Source: Candidatus Poribacteria bacterium
Lineage (GTDB): Bacteria > Poribacteria > WGA-4E > WGA-3G
Direction of reading: 5' to 3'
Assembly: GCA_963665235.2 (NCBI GenBank)
Contig: CAXXLX010000001.1
Coordinates: forward strand, 1,056,001-1,120,000
DNA length: 64,000 bases
The position numbers and the translations under genes are program-made. The stretch's first letter is position 1. Each line of letters opens with the position of its first letter. The notes beneath the pieces were generated by a model that saw only the letters and a list, made by a program, of their open reading frames with translations, had not been told where the DNA came from and did no database searches. Below are positions 1 through 7,953 of this stretch, in pieces.

Positions 1-67
1 TATAAATTGGAACTGCCATCAATCTTTTTTCTCCGAAAAGCGAAGATTGACACACAAGCACACCGTC

Positions 68-1381
68 CTAACAGACCCCGTACACGAACGCATTATCCAA
101 ATCGACTAACTTAACCCGTAGCACTTGATTAACGGCTGTGTCCGGCGCATCTACTAACACGCGGAGATAGTTATCCGTAAACCCTGCAAGTAGATTTTTC
201 TCACCTTCCCTACTATCCTCAATGAGTACGTCCTTATATTTGCCGAGCATTTTCTGTCTAAACGCAGTGCTGAGTTGCTCACCTAATGCATGCATTGCGC
301 GACTTCGCTCAGCGGAGACGTGCGGAGGGATTTGGTCCGGGTAAGTTGCCGCAGGCGTGCCTTTTCGGGGGGAATACCGGAACACATGTAGTTGACTGAA
401 ACCGATGTCTTCAACGAACTGAAGCGTCTCCTTGAAATCGCTATCAGTTTCGCCGGGGAAGCCGACCATTATATCCGTGGTAATACCGACATCGTCGGTA
501 AATTGCGTACGCAGTTTTTCGACGAGATGTGCGAACTGTCTTGTGGTATATCGTCGGCGCATTCTACGCAAAACGCTATCGGTTCCGGATTGAATGGGAA
601 TATGAAAATGCGGCATACACTTCGGAAGTGCAGCCATCCGTTCGGAAAGGATATCGGGAAAATACATCGGCTCAATAGAACTGAAACGGATGCGGAAAAT
701 GCCATCAATATCATGAATAGATTCTAAAATGTCAGCAATATCTTTGTCCCTACCCGTATCCATGCCGTACGCCCCCAGATGCACGCCAGTAATGACCACC
801 TCTTTAATACCGCCATCAGCGATACGATGTGCTTCGTCTGTGATGTCGTTGAGGGGACGGCTCGTCATTCTGCCGCGGACATAAGGAATAATACAATACG
901 TGCAGAAAGCGCTGCAGCCGTCCTGAACCTTAATCAAGGCCCTTGTCCGTTTTCCAGCACTGCTCACCCCTCCGCTGCTAAAACGGGCATGCTCCCGAAT
1001 TGCATCGTGTTGCACAGGTTGAATCTCCAACAGCGTCTCGGTATGCAGCGTATCTATATAATTTTGAAAATCGGCCTTCTCACGGTTGCCGAAGACACAC
1101 GTCACCCCCGGTATTTCTTCAATTGCTTCCCGGTCGCTTTCGGCGTAGCAACCCGTGACAAAAATCTTTGCATCCGGGTTTTGTCGGATAGCCCGGCGAA
1201 TAGCTTGACGTGCTTTTTGGTCCGCAGCATTTGTGACTGTGCAGGTGTTCAGGAGATAGAGGTCTGCTGGTTGCATATCGTCCACGATAGCGTACCCGTT
1301 GCGGACAAGTGTTTCGCGCATTGATTGCGTATCGTATTGATTAACCTTGCAGCCCATCGTGATAAGCTTTGCTGTTTTCAT
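68..1381 (-). CDS. mtaB: tRNA t6A37 methylthiotransferase (radical SAM, MiaB/MtaB family)
   Basis: N-terminal GCKVNQYD and NTCTVT motifs, CxxxCxxC (CSAFCTYC), DIMVGFPGET, FRYSPRKGT; adjacent to rsmE. Confidence 0.92.
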   Translation of the reverse strand: MKTAKLITMGCKVNQYDTQSMRETLVRNGYAIVDDMQPADLYLLNTCTVTNAADQKARQAIRRAIRQNPDAKIFVTGCYAESDREAIEEIPGVTCVFGNREKADFQNYIDTLHTETLLEIQPVQHDAIREHARFSSGGVSSAGKRTRALIKVQDGCSAFCTYCIIPYVRGRMTSRPLNDITDEAHRIADGGIKEVVITGVHLGAYGMDTGRDKDIADILESIHDIDGIFRIRFSSIEPMYFPDILSERMAALPKCMPHFHIPIQSGTDSVLRRMRRRYTTRQFAHLVEKLRTQFTDDVGITTDIMVGFPGETDSDFKETLQFVEDIGFSQLHVFRYSPRKGTPAATYPDQIPPHVSAERSRAMHALGEQLSTAFRQKMLGKYKDVLIEDSREGEKNLLAGFTDNYLRVLVDAPDTAVNQVLRVKLVDLDNAFVYGVC

Positions 1382-1452
1382 AAATCTTCAGAGAATGTCT
1401 ACCATTTTTTCGGTTAATGGTAATTGGTTAGAGATTTCTTATATTTCTTTCT

Positions 1453-1577
1453 TTGGTTATTGGTTATTGGTTTATGGCAACCATTAGCAAGAGAAAGAGG
1501 ACACTGACGCGCTTCAGATATGTTCTTAGAATCACAACATCTTGCCAATCGCCAATCGCCAATCGCTAATTGCCAAA
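1453..1577. repeat. Heptamer-armed palindromic intergenic element, copy A
   Basis: (GGTTATT)n left arm, CTGACGCGCTTCAG core, (GCCAATC/GCTAATT)n right arm; overlaps the rsmE stop codon; ends approximate. Confidence 0.75.
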
Positions 1578-2285
1578 TTCGTAAGCGGCAATAGCGACTG
1601 CTGCGATTGCCGCGGTTTCTGTTCTCAAGATATTTGCCCCAAGTGTCACGGGTGCACACCCACTTTCAACAGCAGTTTGAATCTCTTTATCGGAGAATCC
1701 CCCTTCGGGCCCGATAAAAAGCGCGATAGATTCCGCCTTCGGTGTGCTTCGCAGCACCGTCTTGATATGCCGTTCTGTCTCATTTTCCCAGAAAATCAGG
1801 TTGAGAGCAAAGGCTTTACCCTGAACAAAGCAGTCCTCAAAACGTTGCGTCCGGGAGAGTTCAGGTATCCACGGACGTTTACACTGCTTCGCCGCAGCAA
1901 GGACGACGCGGTGCCAACGTTCGTATCGGTTTTGACTCGGTTGTTGCAGTGCGCGTTCGGTGTGCATCGGCACAATGTGTGTTACGCCGAGTTCAGTCGT
2001 TTTTTGCAGAATTAATTCCATTTTCCTATTCTTCGGTATACCCTGAAAGAGGATGAGACTGGGCTGTGCCTTTCGGTAAAATTCATGCTTCAGTATTTTC
2101 GCCTTTGTCTCATTTACATTGGAAGTCGTAACCGTTGCAACATAAACGTTCCCTTTTCCATCCATAATTTGGATAGTATCCCCCGGCTCAACCCGCACCA
2201 CATTTCGGAGGTGATGCTGTTCGCTACCGGTAATCGTGGCAAAATCGCCCTGGAGCTGAGTTGGGAGAACATAGGCCGTGTGCAT
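1566..2285 (-). CDS. rsmE: 16S rRNA m3U1498 methyltransferase
   Basis: HHLRNVVR, QKTTELGV, IGPEGGFS, LGANILRTETA motifs. Confidence 0.95.
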   Translation of the reverse strand: MHTAYVLPTQLQGDFATITGSEQHHLRNVVRVEPGDTIQIMDGKGNVYVATVTTSNVNETKAKILKHEFYRKAQPSLILFQGIPKNRKMELILQKTTELGVTHIVPMHTERALQQPSQNRYERWHRVVLAAAKQCKRPWIPELSRTQRFEDCFVQGKAFALNLIFWENETERHIKTVLRSTPKAESIALFIGPEGGFSDKEIQTAVESGCAPVTLGANILRTETAAIAAVAIAAYEFGN

Positions 2286-2295
2286 CCTGTCTCCA

Positions 2296-2970
2296 TTAGG
2301 ACGTTACCTGTTCCGGGACAGTGCGTAGTTTTTCGATAACCGCTTCCGGTTGTTGACTGCCGAAAATGGCCGTGCCAGCGACTAAAAGTGTCGCACCAGC
2401 CTGAATAGCCAGCGGTGCAATCTCCACCGTTACACCCCCATCCACAGAAATCTCAAGCGAGCCCCCCATTTCCTGAATGTGTCGGTGCAATATCGCTATC
2501 TTTTCCAAAGTCTGCCGTTGAAAAGTTTGTCCACCGAAACCGGGGTCAACGCTCATCGGTAGCACAAGGTTGAGGCTCGATAGATACGGGATGACAGTCT
2601 CAGTCGGTGTATTCGGTGAAAATGCAAGCCCGGCCTTAATGCCGCGCGCTTTAATTGCTGCAAGAACAGTTTCAATATCATCCGCACACTCAACGTGGAA
2701 GGTAATGTAGTCGGCACCCGCTGCAGCGAGGGCATCTATGTAGCGGAGTGGGTGCATTACCATGATATGGACATCAAAGGGTACCGTTGTTTGCTCTCGG
2801 ACCGCTGCAATAAAAGGTGGACTGATACCGAAGTTCGGAACAAATTCGCCATCCATAACATCAAAATGGAGCAAATTCGCACCCGCAGCCACAATCCTTT
2901 CCACCTCTTCCCCCAACCGGGTAAAGTCGGCAGCTAGCAGTGAGGGGGCAATCCTGGGTTTGTTGTCCAT
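2296..2970 (-). CDS. rpe: Ribulose-phosphate 3-epimerase
   Basis: IAPSLLAADF, HFDVMDGEFVPN, SVDPGFGGQ, VDGGV; start placed at MDNKP behind GGAGG. Confidence 0.95.
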   Translation of the reverse strand: MDNKPRIAPSLLAADFTRLGEEVERIVAAGANLLHFDVMDGEFVPNFGISPPFIAAVREQTTVPFDVHIMVMHPLRYIDALAAAGADYITFHVECADDIETVLAAIKARGIKAGLAFSPNTPTETVIPYLSSLNLVLPMSVDPGFGGQTFQRQTLEKIAILHRHIQEMGGSLEISVDGGVTVEIAPLAIQAGATLLVAGTAIFGSQQPEAVIEKLRTVPEQVTS

Positions 2971-2988
2971 TGATTCTTCCTCCAATGA

Positions 2989-3969
2989 CTAATGATAGAC
3001 AACTTCGTCTAATTTCTCATCATTTTCATAGATAATTACGCGTGTTTCGCCAAAAACGCGAACCCGTTTTTGTTCCAAGTCAATCACTGTGCCGGGTGCG
3101 TAAGATTCATCGACCTCAGTGCGTTCACCGTATCCATCAATGACAACGATTCTGACATGGCGTGACAGCTCACCCTCTTCACTCACCGTGTGCTTGTGGG
3201 GTAGCAGCCTTCCGATGTTTCGAGTTTCGCCTTGAACGCCACTGACCTCAAGCAAAATGAGGTCTCCGCTTTGGACAAGGTCCCCGCCTATCGGTTTATG
3301 CGTAATGACACCCCCCACGGGGATTTTCGGGTGCGGTTTATATTGAACCTCAACATGGAGCCCACCCTCTTCAAGTGCCGACACAACATCATCTATAGGT
3401 TGATTCTGAAGGTTCGGCAACTGAATGTACCGGGGCCGTGTTCCAAGACTCATCAATAGGTTAATAGAGCTTCGACGGCGTTTCCTGCTACCTTCTCCTG
3501 GCGTTTGAGCGATGACAGTATCCGGCGGATAACTTCCCGAGTGGACATAAGCCACCCGATTCGGCGTAAAACCAGCAGTTCGCAGGGTATCATACGCTGC
3601 ATCCTTTGATTTCCCTATCACAGACGGCACCAGAATCAACTCGGTGCCAATACTCACCGTGATTTCAACCGGTTGATACGCTTTGATTCTAGTCCCTGAT
3701 GGCGGTTTTTGTGAAACAATGTGTCCCTTCGGGATGTCCCCACTACTTTGCAGCTGAATTGGGGCCGCAATTTGAAGTCCAGCCTCATCAAGGCTTCGGA
3801 CAGCAGCGGGATACTCCATACCGAGCAGGTTCGGGGTCGGCACCTCGGGGCTCTTAATCCATTGCGGAATAATAACGAAGACCATTAGCAAGCCGATTAT
3901 CCCCACCAAAGTCAGACAGTACAAAATAACCTTAATAGTCGCCCACAAGGTTTTATTTACTACGTTCAT
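2989..3969 (-). CDS. Membrane-anchored PASTA-domain protein (three PASTA repeats)
   Basis: N-terminal TM helix, repeated P(N/S)(L/V)xG...V(I/V)xQxP...VS(L/I)G units; typical fmt-PASTA-rpe context. Confidence 0.85.
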   Translation of the reverse strand: MNVVNKTLWATIKVILYCLTLVGIIGLLMVFVIIPQWIKSPEVPTPNLLGMEYPAAVRSLDEAGLQIAAPIQLQSSGDIPKGHIVSQKPPSGTRIKAYQPVEITVSIGTELILVPSVIGKSKDAAYDTLRTAGFTPNRVAYVHSGSYPPDTVIAQTPGEGSRKRRRSSINLLMSLGTRPRYIQLPNLQNQPIDDVVSALEEGGLHVEVQYKPHPKIPVGGVITHKPIGGDLVQSGDLILLEVSGVQGETRNIGRLLPHKHTVSEEGELSRHVRIVVIDGYGERTEVDESYAPGTVIDLEQKRVRVFGETRVIIYENDEKLDEVVYH

Positions 3970-3976
3970 CTTGTTT

Positions 3977-4130
3977 CCGATGATATTAACCTATATATTG
4001 AAGAGCAGGCTTGTAGCCTGAAGCCTGTGCAATACTATGTATTTCACATCTTATACGGTTTGCAAGTTGCTTATAGAAAGCAACCAGGGTTCATCTACCA
4101 AAGCACGCAGAAAAATCCCGCGTGCGCCGT
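3977..4130 (-). ncRNA. Putative omegaRNA/reRNA scaffold of IS607 copy 1
   Basis: Non-coding right end conserved between both copies with a variable hairpin; location expected for TnpB guide RNAs; 5' boundary is a guess. Confidence 0.55.
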
Positions 4131-5637
4131 TCAAATCTCTGTCCATCTTGAGTCCTGTGCTATCTTTGATAACTTTAGCACCACCTAAGTTTTTGACAAT
4201 CTCACCTGTCCACGACACGGTTTTTGATGTGTATGCTTCGTTAACATCTACCACGATACATCCAGTTTCTTTCGCTTTATGCTTTAGAAACTGTTTAAAA
4301 CGGTAATGGGAGAGGGTCAACATTTGGCGGACGGTTTTCTTATGGAGTTTGCGTCCACTTTTACAAGTCTTATGAGAAGTCTCAAAAGTGGGGAGCAAGA
4401 TAATATCAAAGTTGTCGACAAGCCACCGTGCAACTTTCTTATGAAGTTCATCCACAAGGTTTCTAATCCGTTTTCTGATACGATTTGCGGCACGTCTCAT
4501 GTTCTTCTTTGCCTGTTGCTTAGTTGCTTTAGTCGCACGGGAGAGTAGGTCGTCAAGATATGAACAAAGTCTTTGAATACGATTGATTGCATGGTGTCCG
4601 AGCCATCCGAACCCATGTTCATGAAAATATGTCAGGAATGTCCTAACACCGGGGTCAAGTGCGACGACACGTCCGTTTGGTTTTCGCTTTCGTATCGTCA
4701 CACTATAACTGACACACAAATAATAGTGTGCGCCATCTTTGACCAAGCGGGAGTCTTTGATGTTTTCAGGGAGACGCTCACTCAGTCTAAGTTTTCCTAA
4801 TTTTGTGTGATAGACACCCTTTTCAGATATGGCAGCTTTGGGTATAAAGATGCTATCTGAAGGGGTTCGTTTAGATTTAAAAGAAACAGATTGAAACTGT
4901 CCTGTTTTCTGACATTTCTGCTTCGCTGCGCGAACGGCAAGACAAGCATCCCGAATAGCAACTGACTTAATTTGATATGGAACAGGTTTAGCCCAATCGG
5001 GTAAATCGTCAAGGATACCTGTCTTAATCGCTATCCAGTTCGCTTGTGTGTCCGTGTCATTCAACAAAGCAACCGTTTTGTTGTAGGTCCAACGTGCTGT
5101 GCCTATCCATTGACGCAGCGTCTCACGTTGTTCGGTTGTTGGATAAACTCTTATCTTCTTTGATTTGGTCACGGTAACTGCGGAGGCCGTGTAGTCTGCG
5201 ACTGAAGACGTGCAGGATGGCGAGAAGATCCGACGTGAGTTCTTCTTGTGGACTGTGTTCTGTTTGGTCAAGAACCACGAGTTCGCCACCGTTTTGTTCA
5301 ACGAGGTATCGTATAAGGTCGATACCGAAACGGGCGAGTCTGTCCCGATGGGCAATAACAACTTCGAGCTTATCACCTTGCATAAGCCTGTCCAATAAGG
5401 TTCTAAACCCTTTTCTTTTGAAGTTAAGGCCACTTCCGATGTCTCTGATGATTTCTGCTTCGGGGTAGATACTTCGCATATATGCGACTTGTCGTTCAAG
5501 GTCATCTCTTTGCTTGGTGCTTGACACCCGGCAATAGCAAACAGTGGTAACTGATTTGGATTTGCTTTTGATGTATCCATCAACATCGTAGCGTCTATGC
5601 CCGCCTCCTGTGCGGATAATATCAATCTTTCCTTCAT
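4051..5637 (-). CDS. tnpB: IS607 TnpB, Fanzor2-like, with long N-terminal extension overlapping tnpA
   Basis: RuvC-I ALDPG, IILLPTFET (P at canonical E), VNEAYTSKT, DRDLNGARGI; GGAG 8 nt before the ATG at 5637. Confidence 0.9.
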   Translation of the reverse strand: MKERLILSAQEAGIDATMLMDTSKANPNQLPLFAIAGCQAPSKEMTLNDKSHICEVSTPKQKSSETSEVALTSKEKGLEPYWTGLCKVISSKLLLPIGTDSPVSVSTLYDTSLNKTVANSWFLTKQNTVHKKNSRRIFSPSCTSSVADYTASAVTVTKSKKIRVYPTTEQRETLRQWIGTARWTYNKTVALLNDTDTQANWIAIKTGILDDLPDWAKPVPYQIKSVAIRDACLAVRAAKQKCQKTGQFQSVSFKSKRTPSDSIFIPKAAISEKGVYHTKLGKLRLSERLPENIKDSRLVKDGAHYYLCVSYSVTIRKRKPNGRVVALDPGVRTFLTYFHEHGFGWLGHHAINRIQRLCSYLDDLLSRATKATKQQAKKNMRRAANRIRKRIRNLVDELHKKVARWLVDNFDIILLPTFETSHKTCKSGRKLHKKTVRQMLTLSHYRFKQFLKHKAKETGCIVVDVNEAYTSKTVSWTGEIVKNLGGAKVIKDSTGLKMDRDLNGARGIFLRALVDEPWLLSISNLQTV

Positions 5638-5710
5638 TTGCTAATCTCCGTAAGTGGTCTGGGGTGTAATCCAATAGTTTGCTTGCTTTCTTTGCGGATA
5701 CATAAGTCAT
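5123..5710 (-). CDS. tnpA: IS607 serine recombinase transposase
   Basis: MerR-like HTH then YCRVSS..Q.DDLERQ, DIGSGLNFKRKG, HRDRLARFG, EEL.SDLLAILHVFS. Confidence 0.93.
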   Translation of the reverse strand: MTYVSAKKASKLLDYTPDHLRRLANEGKIDIIRTGGGHRRYDVDGYIKSKSKSVTTVCYCRVSSTKQRDDLERQVAYMRSIYPEAEIIRDIGSGLNFKRKGFRTLLDRLMQGDKLEVVIAHRDRLARFGIDLIRYLVEQNGGELVVLDQTEHSPQEELTSDLLAILHVFSRRLHGLRSYRDQIKEDKSLSNNRTT

Positions 5711-5716
5711 GTATAT

Positions 5717-5745
5717 ATTATAACACATTTTTACCGAAATGTCAA
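5717..5745 (-). promoter_or_regulatory. Sigma70-type promoter in IS607 left end
   Basis: TTGACA-17 nt-TATAAT; ATG 6 nt after the -10 box. Confidence 0.75.
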
Positions 5746-5785
5746 GAAAAACATAGATTTTTTGCTACTGTTAATCAACCTCGCG

Positions 5786-6727
5786 CTAACCAAAACTTTC
5801 CCCAGTTTTGACGTGATATCCGTTAATAAAATCGCCTATTTCCATAACTTTTTTTGTAGCAGGTTGAACCTGTAAGAGTTGGAGTAAACCTTCCCCAGTA
5901 GCAACAAGCAGCTCTCGCTGCGGTGTAATTTTCAATGTCCCGGGGGCCCCTGTGAAGTCTGTTCCCTGTGGATACGGTATACTTCGGATAATTTTGAGCG
6001 GGCGGTCGTCTCGAAAAAAGGTGTAAGCCCCTGGCCACATAGCAGTGCCTCGGATGAGATTGTGAATCGCGGTTGCCGAATCATCCCAATTGATACGTCC
6101 GGTCTCCTTTGTCAGACGCGGGGCATGGGTCGCCTCGGCGTGATTTTGGGGTGTTGCAGATGGGGGGGCACCGGGCGGTAAGTCTGATAACAGTGCCGCC
6201 AATTGACGTGCACCGATGCATGCAAGTTTGTCCATCAACGTCTCCACTGTTTCTGCAGCACAAATCGGAAACCGTTCTGCACAGATAATATCGCCTGTAT
6301 CCTCACCCGCATCTAGTAGCATCAGCGTTACACCGGTTTCTGTTTCACCGTTAATCAGTGCCCACTGAACCGGGGCTGCGCCCCGGTACTTCGGCAACAA
6401 CGATGGATGTAGGTTGATAGTCCCGCATGGCGGTATATCCAAAACAGCTTGCGGGAGAATCTGACCGAAGGCAGCGACAACAGTCACATCCGGTGCAAGC
6501 TGTTTAAGGGTGTTTATGAAATCGGGCTGTCTCACCTTTTCCGGTTGATACACCGGCAAATTGTGTTCCGTAGCGACCCTTTTCACGGCCGATGGGGTTA
6601 AACGTTTTCCGCGTCCCTTCGGCCGGTCCGGTTGCGTGACAACCCCGATAATTTCAAACTTATTAGAGATAAGTCCTGTTAGCGCGGGGACAGCAAATTC
6701 GCTAGTGCCCATAAAAAGAATTCGCAC
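5786..6727 (-). CDS. fmt: Methionyl-tRNA formyltransferase
   Basis: MRILFMGT, VVTQPDRPKGRG, NLHPSLLPKYRGAAP, DTGDI. Confidence 0.96.
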   Translation of the reverse strand: MRILFMGTSEFAVPALTGLISNKFEIIGVVTQPDRPKGRGKRLTPSAVKRVATEHNLPVYQPEKVRQPDFINTLKQLAPDVTVVAAFGQILPQAVLDIPPCGTINLHPSLLPKYRGAAPVQWALINGETETGVTLMLLDAGEDTGDIICAERFPICAAETVETLMDKLACIGARQLAALLSDLPPGAPPSATPQNHAEATHAPRLTKETGRINWDDSATAIHNLIRGTAMWPGAYTFFRDDRPLKIIRSIPYPQGTDFTGAPGTLKITPQRELLVATGEGLLQLLQVQPATKKVMEIGDFINGYHVKTGESFG

Positions 6728-6739
6728 AATACGCCCCCA

Positions 6740-7363
6740 TCAGAATCGAAGCTGTAGTAAGGATATAGTGAGAAATTCAGAATCTTCACTGTAGCAATTC
6801 ATAGATGTTTCCAAAGACCGCCTACCGATGCTTTCCGATAACCGGCTGCCGATAGCCATTTGCTGTCGCAGGCTTGCGATGCTCCCATCAGATTCCCCAT
6901 CCCCTTTATCCGGCGGTGCTGCAGGGGGGCGCGTCGGCACACGGGATGCTGTCCTATCTTTATTGCGCGTATTTAACCAATCCCACACTCCGATTATAAG
7001 AGCTAGCGAAACTGCCCCAATCCCAATTCTTCTATAATCCTTCGGGTATAATACCGGGGAAATTTTATTTTCCCGAATCATCTTCACTCCCCGAACAGCG
7101 AAATAGCTATGAACTGCAGCAAAGGGGAACGAGCTTAATGTAATAATCTCAAACCGGCGTAACGCGCTTTCGCTATATTCTTCCTCCGCTTGTTCCGCTT
7201 GTTCTGCTGGCGGGGTCATCTCCGTTTGTGCTTTAGCGATTTGTGGCATTATGGCGAAAATAAAAAGTCCAGCGAACACGGCAAACCAATAATAGGCATT
7301 CGCCGAATGACGTTCTCTGCCTCCCCCGCCGCCTGCGGGAGAGTTATACCGAATTTTGTTCAC
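6740..7363 (-). CDS. Hypothetical membrane/exported protein
   Basis: 207-aa ORF in operon, signal-like segment plus two hydrophobic helices. Confidence 0.65.
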   Translation of the reverse strand: MNKIRYNSPAGGGGGRERHSANAYYWFAVFAGLFIFAIMPQIAKAQTEMTPPAEQAEQAEEEYSESALRRFEIITLSSFPFAAVHSYFAVRGVKMIRENKISPVLYPKDYRRIGIGAVSLALIIGVWDWLNTRNKDRTASRVPTRPPAAPPDKGDGESDGSIASLRQQMAIGSRLSESIGRRSLETSMNCYSEDSEFLTISLLQLRF

Positions 7364-7374
7364 AATTTACGCTC

Positions 7375-7953
7375 CTATACGGCAGTATTGCTCTGATTAC
7401 GGTATCGAAAAAGGTAAAAAATCAGCATACCCGCCCCGATACATACAGACACATCCGCAACATTAAAAGTAGGCCAAAATAGATGCTTGCTCTCTATACC
7501 AAACTGAAGAAAATCGATGACACGGCCCAAGTAGAGTCGGTCGATGAAATTGCCAACAGCACCGCCGAGTAGAAAACCGAGAGCAATTCGCATCCATCGA
7601 CTGTGTCGGAATTGGAAGTAATAGATGAAAATGAAAACTAACGCCACAATTGTAACACCGATAAGTAGAGCACGTTGGCCTGATAATATACCGAAGGCAG
7701 CACCTGTGTTTGTATCATGCCGCAGATTGAAAAAACCTGGAATAACCGAATAACCTGTTCCCCAGGGGATATAATGTTGAACAAGCCATTTGGTAATTCT
7801 ATCAAGGAGTAAGGTCGGAATAGCCACAGCTAACAACGGCAGAACCGACTTGATATAATAAAATATCGACAACCTACCAGCAGCACTGCTATCAGGATTA
7901 GGTTTTTGATTTGTACGCATTCTTAAGGGCCTTCCATTCCGATTTTGCGTCAT
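7375..7953 (-). CDS. lspA: Lipoprotein signal peptidase II
   Basis: DRITK, NTGAAFG, GGAVGNFIDR, VIDF, FNVAD; start uncertain. Confidence 0.95.
   Translation of the reverse strand: MTQNRNGRPLRMRTNQKPNPDSSAAGRLSIFYYIKSVLPLLAVAIPTLLLDRITKWLVQHYIPWGTGYSVIPGFFNLRHDTNTGAAFGILSGQRALLIGVTIVALVFIFIYYFQFRHSRWMRIALGFLLGGAVGNFIDRLYLGRVIDFLQFGIESKHLFWPTFNVADVSVCIGAGMLIFYLFRYRNQSNTAV

Larger units (their letters stand above)
3977..5780 (-). mobile_element. IS607-family element, copy 1 (tnpA plus Fanzor2-like tnpB)
   Basis: Both ends shared with the copy at 23886-25661; GG core dinucleotide at both junctions; serine recombinase plus TnpB. Confidence 0.9.

Noticed and set aside
3977-5780. IS607 IStron (self-splicing to restore the RBS)
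   Set aside because: Only about 70 nt separate the left end from tnpA, too little for a group I intron core
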